This document shows, one piece after another, positions 44,749-52,549 of a stretch of DNA of 64,000 nt (positions are counted from its first letter, which is position 1; the number at the start of each line of letters is the position of its first letter). Location of the stretch: positions 11,345 to 75,344 of the forward strand of contig JACQPJ010000035.1 of the NCBI GenBank assembly GCA_016207605.1, given 5' to 3'. Source of the stretch: Elusimicrobiota bacterium. Lineage in GTDB: Bacteria; Elusimicrobiota; Elusimicrobia; UBA1565; UBA9628. The notes beneath the pieces were generated by a model. It did no database searches. It had not been told where the DNA came from and saw only the letters and a program-made list of their open reading frames with translations. A program made the position numbers and the translations under genes.

Positions 44749-45563
44749 GCCGCCGCCTCCGCTGGCGCGCCAGCCGGGGGTATCGTGAATACCTGAACGG
44801 ATTCGAGGCTGCCGCGGCGAATGAATCGGCACTGTCTTGGCGCCGTCCTGAACTCGGCCAAGCCGGCCGCGTAGACGTTCGTTCGCTGCACCGTCGTCGC
44901 GAGATGGACGATGTGCTCGACTCCGGTGGGCCAGCCGGTCAAATAGAGAACCTTGCCGTCAAAGGTCTGCCGTGCGCCCTCGGTGAACATGGCCCGATAG
45001 TGCTCGCGCGACTTGGACGTGAGCTCCACCTCCACCTGATGCGCGACGCCCGCCGCATCGGCGATGCGCAGATCCGGCAGTCTCAGCTTGGTGAAGCCGC
45101 GCTTGATTCGACCGCGGCGGTACAGGTCATCCCAGGTCCGCCGCGCCGTTTGGACCTTGAGGCCGAGCAGTTCGGCCAGGGTCAACCCCACGCCGCAGAC
45201 CGCGATCTCGTGCCGTAGATACGCTTCTCCCACGCCGCGACTCGGATGGTTGAAGACTGCCAATTGATGCCGCTTGAGTTGCTCATGGCCCCGGCCTGTC
45301 AGCAGGTAAACCTGCCAGTAATTCGTCGGCCTCCAGGTCCGGATCAGCCCCGCGCCGGCCAGCGCGCTCAGCCGTTTGTAGGCTCCGCCCCAGTGGTCCT
45401 CGCGCCGCAAGTCGTTGAAAAACAGCCTGATCCGCTCCGGCTCCGGAAGCTCCGTCCTGAAGAAAACCCCGTCGATTTGTCCCAGTCCCATCACGCCCCA
45501 TTTCTCGATCGCCGCCAAGATATTTAAGTCTCGTTTGGTCAGTTCCATTCTCCTCCTCTTCAT
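44745..45563 (-). CDS. Replication-relaxation family protein (wHTH plus PD-(D/E)xK-like), putative
   Basis: MELTKRDLNILAAIEKWGVMGLGQI, YLRHEIAV and LPDLRI...VEVEL. Start at 45563 or 45548. Confidence 0.55.
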   Translation of the reverse strand: MKRRRMELTKRDLNILAAIEKWGVMGLGQIDGVFFRTELPEPERIRLFFNDLRREDHWGGAYKRLSALAGAGLIRTWRPTNYWQVYLLTGRGHEQLKRHQLAVFNHPSRGVGEAYLRHEIAVCGVGLTLAELLGLKVQTARRTWDDLYRRGRIKRGFTKLRLPDLRIADAAGVAHQVEVELTSKSREHYRAMFTEGARQTFDGKVLYLTGWPTGVEHIVHLATTVQRTNVYAAGLAEFRTAPRQCRFIRRGSLESVQVFTIPPAGAPAEAAA

Positions 45564-45596
45564 CTCCAAAATTATTTGCTGCCCCTCGCCCACCGC

Positions 45597-45653
45597 CTTC
45601 CCGACCCCTCTACCACAACCAATCTGCATGGTTGGGGGAGAGGGGTCGGGAAG
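45597..45653. repeat. 57-nt inverted repeat (15-bp perfect arms) upstream of the replication-relaxation gene
   Basis: CTTCCCGACCCCTCT...AGAGGGGTCGGGAAG, with partially complementary inner arms ACCACAACC/GGTTGGGGG. Confidence 0.7.
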
Positions 45654-45782
45654 CGTCATCGGCCTCAACGATGACGAGGTGGGCGATCTTGGCCAGCAAA
45701 TATCGATAGTTTTTGATTGGGAGCTCTCCGAGCACCCCCGCCAACACGTTGGCGGACCTGTTGGTGGACTCTTCGCCCTGCT

Positions 45783-45915
45783 ATTACTATTCCGGCCGAA
45801 AAGCAAAACCCGCACACGGCCCCCTACTTACATATCGGGCGGGAGGACCAAATCGGCACAGACCTCCCACTTACTATTCCGGCGAGAGAGCCAAATCAGC
45901 ACATGGCCCTACACT
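45783..45915. repeat. Iteron-like degenerate direct repeats
   Basis: ACTATTCCGGC-N-GCAAAACCCGCACACGGCCC and ACTATTCCGGC-N-CCAAATCAGCACATGGCCC lie 86 nt apart. An intervening CCAAATCGGCACA sits inside the GGGAGG...CCTCCC hairpin. Confidence 0.5.
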
Positions 45916-46149
45916 CTGTAATGCAATCCAGCCGCGGCGTTTCCTACCACTTGGGGCGATCCCAGAATGAAACGGGTCAAAAACGATGCCATGACGAGTC
46001 CCAGGTGCGCGGAAAACTCTGCGCCGAAAACGGTGAAACCCCTGCGGCCGCAGAGGATAACCTGCCTTGGGACACTGATAAGCAACGCGGGGGGCTTCCG
46101 TGTCTATTCCCGTGAAACGAGGGAATCTGCACACCCGCAGACGCGAATT

Positions 46150-46488
46150 TTAGGCTTTGGTAGGTCGCGAACAAGCGATATGCTTCGCTCGCGTCGCGTG
46201 GCTTTGGGGCAGGTAGGCGTTCATGAAGCTCTTGAAGAGAGCCCCATGATTGGGGATAAGCAAATGGAGCAACTCGTGGGCGATGACCTGGTCCTGGAAG
46301 GAGACGGGCTGGGACAACAGGTCGGCGCTGAAATAAACTCGGCCAGCGGTGGAGCACGAGGCCCATTTATTGCGCATAGCCTGGACGTAAACCCGCTTAG
46401 GTTGGACACCGATCTTAGTCGCCCAGCGGCCCACCCGCTGCTTGAACAGTGGCCTAGGGACCGGCTTGCCTCGTGGTGTCGAGATCAT
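46150..46488 (-). CDS. DUF45/YgjP-like (M48/SprT-like) zinc metallopeptidase-fold protein
   Basis: NKWASCSTAGRVYFSADLL...VIAHELLHLLIPNHG (HExxH). ATGA overlap with the hsdR stop. Confidence 0.7.
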   Translation of the reverse strand: MISTPRGKPVPRPLFKQRVGRWATKIGVQPKRVYVQAMRNKWASCSTAGRVYFSADLLSQPVSFQDQVIAHELLHLLIPNHGALFKSFMNAYLPQSHATRAKHIACSRPTKA

Positions 46489-49370
46489 TTGCTGCGCAGC
46501 TTGATGATCTGCTCGGCCATTTCTTTCATGCGTTCCAGGCCGACGGCCGGGCGCAGCAGCTTATAGAGTTCGGCTTTCAGTTGGCGGAACTCCTCCGCGT
46601 TCGCCGCGAAGTGGGGCAAACGCACGAACAGGGCGTCCACCTCCCGAGCGATGGCCTCAGCCTTAGCCGAGCCTGCACGGTCGAGCAGCCAGAAGGCCGC
46701 GAACGCCTCGGGAGAGAGTCCGGTCTTCTCGGCCTTGCGCCGGGCTTCATCGTACTCCCGCACGAGCTCCTCGAGCTCCTGGAGGGCGTCCTCCGTCGTC
46801 GTCTGGCGGTCTTCGTAGTTGCGAAGAATAGTTTCGGCGCGCTCGCCGATAGGGATCAGGAAGGGCTGGCGCGCGCCCTGCGAGTGAGCAAGCCCTGCCA
46901 GGGTGCGGACCAAGTTGATGATCTTGGCCGCCGGCGGAGCCTGCTTCTTCTTAAGAGCTTCCAGGGTTTCCTCGTTGATCGCCACGGTCTTGGTCACCGT
47001 GTCGAGCCCGAAAGCCTGGGCATGCTCGCGAACGATGCTCTCGGTCTTCTTCATGAGGTCCGAGTAGAATCCGCGGTGAGGGTTCACTGCGGCCCGGATC
47101 ACCTGATAAAGCCTGCAGAGCTTGGCGTAGTCGTCCATGAACGGCCGCATCATGGGGTCGGGCGAGATGATCTCGTAGAGGTTCTCAAGCTTCTTGAAGA
47201 AGTCGAAGAACCCGTCGCGTTTGGCGATCTCCGCGAGCGCCGCCACGGCCCGCTCCACGGCCTTGTCGTCCATGCGCCCGCGGCAGAGGGCCAGGTAGGG
47301 CGCGGCCTCTTCGTTCATCATGCGCACAAAGAGGGCCTTCAGCGCGTCGATGTTCTTGATGACGCTCTGCACCACATCCGAGTCGAAGGAGAGCGCCTTC
47401 TCCATGCGTTCGAAGATACCCACGAAGTCCACGACCAAGCCCGCGGGTTTCTTGATCCCGTCATCCTCGTAGGGCCGATTGACGCGCGCGATCGCCTGGA
47501 GCAAGGTATGGTCGCGCATAGGCTTGTCCAGGTACATGCAGTAAAGGATCGGTGCGTCGAAGCCTGTGAGCAGCTTCTCGGTGACGATCAGAATCTTGGG
47601 TTTCTCGCCCGGCTTGGTGAAAGCCTTGCGGACGTGCTTTTCCTGGTCGTCCTTGAGCTTGAACTTGGCCAGCGCCGGCGGATCGTTGTGGGCGGAGGTG
47701 TAGACGACGGTGGAATAATCCTCCGGCAGGACACGGTCGAGCTCCTTCTTGTAAAGGGCGCAGGCTTCCCGGTCCACGCCGACTAAGAACGCCTTATAGC
47801 CCAGCGGCTCGATGTTTTCTTTGAAATGCTTGGCGACGAACTCCGCGACCTGGCGGACCCGGTCCTTGGACTTGAGGAACGCCTTAAGCGTGACGGCGCG
47901 CTCAAGGATGTGGTTGAGCTCCTCGATGTCGCTGATGCCTTCAGTCTCGGCCAATGCCCAGAACTCCTTTTCAAGCATCTCCCGGGGAACGCGGATCTCG
48001 TTAGGTGCCAGGGCGTAGTGCAGCTCCAACGTCGTCCCGTCTGCGATCGATTCCTGGATGGAATATTTATCCAGGTAGCCCTGGGCGTCGTCCTTGCCGA
48101 ACACCTTGAAGGTGCCCTTGCCGTAGGCGATCTGGTCGATGGGCGTCCCGGTAAAGCCGATAAACGTCGCTTTCGGAAGGGCTGCCTGGAGATAGTTCCC
48201 GAGGTCGCTACCGGTGGAGCGGTGGGCCTCGTCCACCAAGACAAAGATGCTGTCGCGAGTGCAGAGGTCCTTGTCGGCTTTCTCGAACTTGTGGATCATC
48301 GAGACGATGAGCCCGCGGTAGTCGGTCCGCAGAAGCTCTTTGAGGTGCTTCTTGCTCTGGACGATCTCGGCCTTGCCCTCGCCCAAGATGCTGGTGATCC
48401 AGCCCGAGAGTTGGCCTTCCAGCTCGTTTCTATCGACCAGCATCAGGACTGTCGTTTTCCCAAAAGAGGGATTCTCCAGCAGTTGCCGCGCTGCCGTGAT
48501 CATCGTGAAGGTCTTGCCTGATCCCTGGGTGTGCCAGATAAGGCCGGTCTTCTTAACGGGGTCGAGCGCCCGTTCCACGATTTTCTCGACGGCTCGGGAC
48601 TGGTGCTGGCGCAGGACGGCCTTCTGGAGCTCGTCGTCCTTCAGGAAGAAAATGATCCAGTCGCGCAGGAGCTTGAGGAACCGCTCGCGCCCGAAGAAGC
48701 GCTTCACCTTCGCCTCGAAGTTGCCGGGCTCCTCTTCCTTCCAGTTGAAGATGCTCTTTCGGTCGAGGTTCCAAGTGACGCCGTAGTGAAAATCGAGCAG
48801 TTGGGTCGCCTCGAAGACTTGGGGGGAGACCATCAGCTCCGGCGTCTCCTCGTGGTAGCGCCTCAGCTGTACCACGGCGCGGTCGATTCCATCCGCATAC
48901 TTGGCTGACTTGGTTTCGGCTATGGCGACTGGGATGCCGTTAATCAGGAAAACGACGTCGGCGCGGTTGCCCTTCTGGCCATTGGTGTATTCCCACTCAT
49001 CGGTGACGTGAAAGACATTGTTTCCGGGGCGCTCGAAGTCCACCACATTGACATTGCGCCGGCGCTTCTCGCCCTCGGAATGAATCGAGTGGTCGCCGCG
49101 CAGCCACTTGAGAATTTCGGCGTTGCCCTCAATCGTGCACCGGACGTTCTCGATACGGGCGATGATGTCGTCCGCGTTCTTCCCGTCCACCACCCCGGGG
49201 TTTAGGGCATTCAGCTTCTCGCGCAACACCTGATAGAGCAGCCATCCGCCGGCACCGCGTCTGAGTCGAAGGACCTCATCGGCAGGGAGATAGGTCCAAC
49301 CGATCTCCTCGGCATAACCGATGAGGGGGTTCTGGACCGCGTCGCGTTCACCGCCGAGCTGTGGAGGCAT
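46485..49370 (-). CDS. hsdR: Type I restriction enzyme R subunit
   Basis: N-terminal PD-(D/E)xK (RADVVFLINGIPVAIAETK). SF2 motifs TQGSGKTFT, VDEAHRS, FTGTP, TEKLLTGFDAP and QAIARVNR. Confidence 0.9.
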   Translation of the reverse strand: MPPQLGGERDAVQNPLIGYAEEIGWTYLPADEVLRLRRGAGGWLLYQVLREKLNALNPGVVDGKNADDIIARIENVRCTIEGNAEILKWLRGDHSIHSEGEKRRRNVNVVDFERPGNNVFHVTDEWEYTNGQKGNRADVVFLINGIPVAIAETKSAKYADGIDRAVVQLRRYHEETPELMVSPQVFEATQLLDFHYGVTWNLDRKSIFNWKEEEPGNFEAKVKRFFGRERFLKLLRDWIIFFLKDDELQKAVLRQHQSRAVEKIVERALDPVKKTGLIWHTQGSGKTFTMITAARQLLENPSFGKTTVLMLVDRNELEGQLSGWITSILGEGKAEIVQSKKHLKELLRTDYRGLIVSMIHKFEKADKDLCTRDSIFVLVDEAHRSTGSDLGNYLQAALPKATFIGFTGTPIDQIAYGKGTFKVFGKDDAQGYLDKYSIQESIADGTTLELHYALAPNEIRVPREMLEKEFWALAETEGISDIEELNHILERAVTLKAFLKSKDRVRQVAEFVAKHFKENIEPLGYKAFLVGVDREACALYKKELDRVLPEDYSTVVYTSAHNDPPALAKFKLKDDQEKHVRKAFTKPGEKPKILIVTEKLLTGFDAPILYCMYLDKPMRDHTLLQAIARVNRPYEDDGIKKPAGLVVDFVGIFERMEKALSFDSDVVQSVIKNIDALKALFVRMMNEEAAPYLALCRGRMDDKAVERAVAALAEIAKRDGFFDFFKKLENLYEIISPDPMMRPFMDDYAKLCRLYQVIRAAVNPHRGFYSDLMKKTESIVREHAQAFGLDTVTKTVAINEETLEALKKKQAPPAAKIINLVRTLAGLAHSQGARQPFLIPIGERAETILRNYEDRQTTTEDALQELEELVREYDEARRKAEKTGLSPEAFAAFWLLDRAGSAKAEAIAREVDALFVRLPHFAANAEEFRQLKAELYKLLRPAVGLERMKEMAEQIIKLRSK

Positions 49371-49373
49371 GGC

Positions 49374-50630
49374 CTATTTCGCTTTGGTCAGGTTCTTCAG
49401 GACAGACGACATGAGTTCGAACAGGGCATGCTTCGAAACAGCCTCCTCCTTCTCCTTCGGTTCTTCTCGTCCAAAGAACTTCTCCGTAAGCCTCGCTTTG
49501 ATCTCGTTGCGCTGAGCTTCAGGCAGCAGAACGAGGTAGGCGTCGATGGATGCGAGTTCCAGGTGCGTTTTCCTGAGTGCGTTCTCCCGATCGCGATGTT
49601 TTGACGATTCCTGGGCAGCGTAGATCGCAGGAATCGCGATCACTACCGCCGTTCCTAGTCTGAACGCGAAAGTATGCCAGCTCACATCGTGGAAGATGCT
49701 GAAGAAGAACGCGATACCTGCGACCACGATCATTGCGCCCATTAGCCACAGGGCCGCGGTGCGGAGCCAATCAGCAGTGGAGCGCTCGGTATCGGCCGTG
49801 GTCTTGAAGTGTCCCGCGAATGAGGCGGAGCCGATGGCGCCAAAAATCTTATCGACCTCCGCTTCCCGAGTCTTCAGATTCTGGAGGTGCTGGTCGCTCT
49901 TCTTTTGTAGGTCCTTGAAGAACTCGTCGCCGCGCGTCTTCTGGGCCTCCTGGAACTTCTTGGCATCTTCTTCCCGGGCTTTCAGCAGCTGTTGAAATTC
50001 GGCGGCGCGTTTCGCAGCGTCAGCCGCATAGGTATTCGTACGGGTGGTCTCGGCGCTCGTAAATTGCTGCTGGTACGCGGCAATGGACTGGTCCAGCCGG
50101 CCCTTCTGCTGCTCGATTAAGGCTGCCAATCCGTCAAGCCGGGCTTTCTCGGCGTCGATGGACTTGGTAATCGCGGCTACAGCGGCTTTTTCATCAGTAA
50201 CGCCCTTGCGTATCTGAAGGAGCTCCTCGGATATTTTCGACTGGAAGGCCTTGGCCGCCTCGGTAACCGTCGCTACGACTGTCCCTGCGTCCTGCCGCTC
50301 GCTAGGGCGCAAAAACGCCAACAACTCGTCAGCCATCGAGTTCGCATTGTTGATAGCTCCAGCGTTGGGGTTTTGAGAAAAGGCGGTGGCGTAGTTCTGA
50401 AGGTTGTTCGACCAGGTCCCGATATTCGCCCACGCGTTCGGATGATAGAGCTCTGGGTCGAGGTTCTGTAGGCAGGCCAGAACGGCCTTAACGGCCTTCA
50501 GGAGGCGCGCGTAATTGGGAAGATCGTCCCCGGTCAGCTTGTCCGTCTTTGCTGATTCAAGGAGGCGCAGGGCCTCCTTTACCCGCTCGATCGGCTGCTG
50601 TGCGTTAAAGACATCATGCCATCGCGACAT
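49374..50630 (-). CDS. Hypothetical coiled-coil protein with C-terminal 2-TM module (cassette gene X3)
   Basis: 418 aa. Long A/K/E/Q-rich helical region, then AALWLMGAMIVVAGIAFFFSIF and FAFRLGTAVVIAIPAIYAA, then a charged tail. Ends 3 nt before hsdR. Confidence 0.6.
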   Translation of the reverse strand: MSRWHDVFNAQQPIERVKEALRLLESAKTDKLTGDDLPNYARLLKAVKAVLACLQNLDPELYHPNAWANIGTWSNNLQNYATAFSQNPNAGAINNANSMADELLAFLRPSERQDAGTVVATVTEAAKAFQSKISEELLQIRKGVTDEKAAVAAITKSIDAEKARLDGLAALIEQQKGRLDQSIAAYQQQFTSAETTRTNTYAADAAKRAAEFQQLLKAREEDAKKFQEAQKTRGDEFFKDLQKKSDQHLQNLKTREAEVDKIFGAIGSASFAGHFKTTADTERSTADWLRTAALWLMGAMIVVAGIAFFFSIFHDVSWHTFAFRLGTAVVIAIPAIYAAQESSKHRDRENALRKTHLELASIDAYLVLLPEAQRNEIKARLTEKFFGREEPKEKEEAVSKHALFELMSSVLKNLTKAK

Positions 50631-50656
50631 GGTTCCCTCTCATCCCCAGACTTGCT

Positions 50657-50956
50657 TCATTGCGCTCTCGCAATAATAACCTGCATCCTTGAATCGTTTG
50701 GATTGTAGCCTGGGCGCGTCTTCGGATAGATGTCGCCAGTTACGGAGAGATTTCGAATCTCCGAAAGCAAATAGAGTCGCCAGCCCGGCAGTTCGCCTGA
50801 GTGGCTGAAGCCCGCCGTTTGGAAACAGGAAAGGACTTCGTGGCCAGTATCCTTGTGCAGGCCATAGGTGTGCGGTTCAGCCGTCCCAACGAGCCCGTTG
50901 TACCAGAAGGTGATGATTCGGCGGTGGCTTACTGCGGCAGTCAGTTCTGAACCCAT
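50657..50956 (-). CDS. Small WYL/Sm-SH3-like beta-barrel protein (cassette gene X2), tentative
   Basis: 99 aa. RRIITFWYNG...AEPHTYGL...LSCFQTAG...WRLYLLSEIRNLSV resembles the WYL-domain pattern. Confidence 0.45.
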   Translation of the reverse strand: MGSELTAAVSHRRIITFWYNGLVGTAEPHTYGLHKDTGHEVLSCFQTAGFSHSGELPGWRLYLLSEIRNLSVTGDIYPKTRPGYNPNDSRMQVIIARAQ

Positions 50957-50968
50957 ATTGTGATCCTC

Positions 50969-52549
50969 TTAGCTAGCGGTCTTCCCGTATTGGATCTTGC
51001 AGAGCGCGACTCTGAATCCGAGCCCCTGAATTAGCTTCACATGAGTTAGAAGATGGATTTTGCTGAACAAAAACATATCCGTGGCGGCCGAGGCCTTCCC
51101 CCGCATGGGCAAGGCGAAGACGAAGCAGGCCTTCCGCGTGGGCGTCTCGATGAGATGGCCGGACCATTTCTTTGTGAGTATACCCGCGACCTTGGCACGG
51201 TAGGTGTCATCGCCGCGCAGGAGCTGGGCAGAGACGCTGCCTTGCGCGAAGAGGTGGCTCAAAGTGGCCGAGTCGCGCATACGTTTGACCGCGATGAAGT
51301 ACCCCTCGTGCGTGGCAAGGTCGCAGACCTCGATCCTGTTGTGTCCTTCGACATGAACGAGCTTCTTGTCGAGGAGGAGCCAGTCCTTCTGCTTGGCCGC
51401 GCGCTCATTGTAGTCGCCTTCCTTCTCGCCCTCGTTCATGCGTGGCATCTTAAGCCGGGCCGTGATGTCTTCAAGAGCGCCGATTTGGCGCTTTATTCGT
51501 TCTACGAACGAGCGCCGCGCGTGGAACCACTGGCCAAAAGTCAGGGTATAGGTGTCCTGGCTATAGGTGACCTCACAGACCAGGCACTCTCGCAGTGAAA
51601 GTCTCTCCGTGGCGGGATTGCCGTCAGAGTCGAGGCCTACGACCCAGGTCTTATCGGGATCGGGCTGGACGTCAGGGTAGGCGTCGTAGAAGTCGTAAAC
51701 CGCGCCGATGTGGAGGTCGTGGACTTGGACGTTCTTGTGGCCCGAACTGATCTGGAACTGCTCGACTCGAGTCTCGTCGATGAAGTTCGGGAAGGCGGCC
51801 ACGATGTGCCCGCGCTTGCGCTTGGCCAACTGCTCGGCCAGCTCAGAGTCGAGCGTGGTAAGTACGGGGTCGGAGGATTTAACCGTTTCGAAGCTGTCGG
51901 CAAATCCGAAGTGTTCCTTGTATTTATCGGATTTGTACTCCTTGAGTAGTTCCTCGCACTTCTTCCCGAGTTGAGGAAGAGAAACATCGCAGGTGATGTG
52001 CATTGAGTCGGAGCCGCTGACGTTGCTAGCGACATCCTTGTCCTTGGGTTTGCCGGAGACGTAGCGCACCAGGTCGATCTGGGGGTCGAGGCCGAAATCC
52101 GAGACGGCGCTTTCCACGCTGACATGGGTTCGCTTCTGCTTGACGACCTGCTCCAGGTTCCGGGTATCGACTGTCCGGAGCTTGGCGGGATCCATGATAT
52201 TGAAGGCGCCCATGAGCCCGAATCGCGGCTCTATCTTAGACCGGTCCAGTGCCAGGAAGCCGTAGCCGAATGTGACGGCGAAGACCCGCCCACCAGCTTT
52301 CAATAGAAGGACAAAGGCACTGCTCGCGGTGTGGATGCGCAGGCCGCCGGTATCGAAGTGATCGCCGAGGAATCCAAGCCACTTTGGGGGCTTGAATCGA
52401 GTGGTCTGCACGAAGGCCTTACAGGGGTAGGGCAGCTGCGAGGCGCCCTTGAGTTCCTTGTAGGCATTCGGGCCGGCCAAGCTCTCCGGCTTGATCAGGT
52501 CGTCGAAACCCTTGACGCTGTCTCGGAATAGGTGAATCGAGAGTCTCAT
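50969..52549 (-). CDS. TIGR04141/DUF6119-like sporadically distributed protein (cassette gene X1), tentative
   Basis: 526 aa. N-terminal MRLSIHLFRD...FVLLLKAGGRVFAVTFGYG and C-terminal IEVCDLATHEGYFIAVKRM (nuclease-like). ATGA overlap with the hsdS stop. Confidence 0.5.
   Translation of the reverse strand: MRLSIHLFRDSVKGFDDLIKPESLAGPNAYKELKGASQLPYPCKAFVQTTRFKPPKWLGFLGDHFDTGGLRIHTASSAFVLLLKAGGRVFAVTFGYGFLALDRSKIEPRFGLMGAFNIMDPAKLRTVDTRNLEQVVKQKRTHVSVESAVSDFGLDPQIDLVRYVSGKPKDKDVASNVSGSDSMHITCDVSLPQLGKKCEELLKEYKSDKYKEHFGFADSFETVKSSDPVLTTLDSELAEQLAKRKRGHIVAAFPNFIDETRVEQFQISSGHKNVQVHDLHIGAVYDFYDAYPDVQPDPDKTWVVGLDSDGNPATERLSLRECLVCEVTYSQDTYTLTFGQWFHARRSFVERIKRQIGALEDITARLKMPRMNEGEKEGDYNERAAKQKDWLLLDKKLVHVEGHNRIEVCDLATHEGYFIAVKRMRDSATLSHLFAQGSVSAQLLRGDDTYRAKVAGILTKKWSGHLIETPTRKACFVFALPMRGKASAATDMFLFSKIHLLTHVKLIQGLGFRVALCKIQYGKTAS

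Noticed and set aside
45967-46566. 199-aa plus-strand ORF
   Set aside because: It is antisense to the DUF45-like gene and the hsdR 3' end, with no motifs. The upstream part lies in the structured non-coding region.
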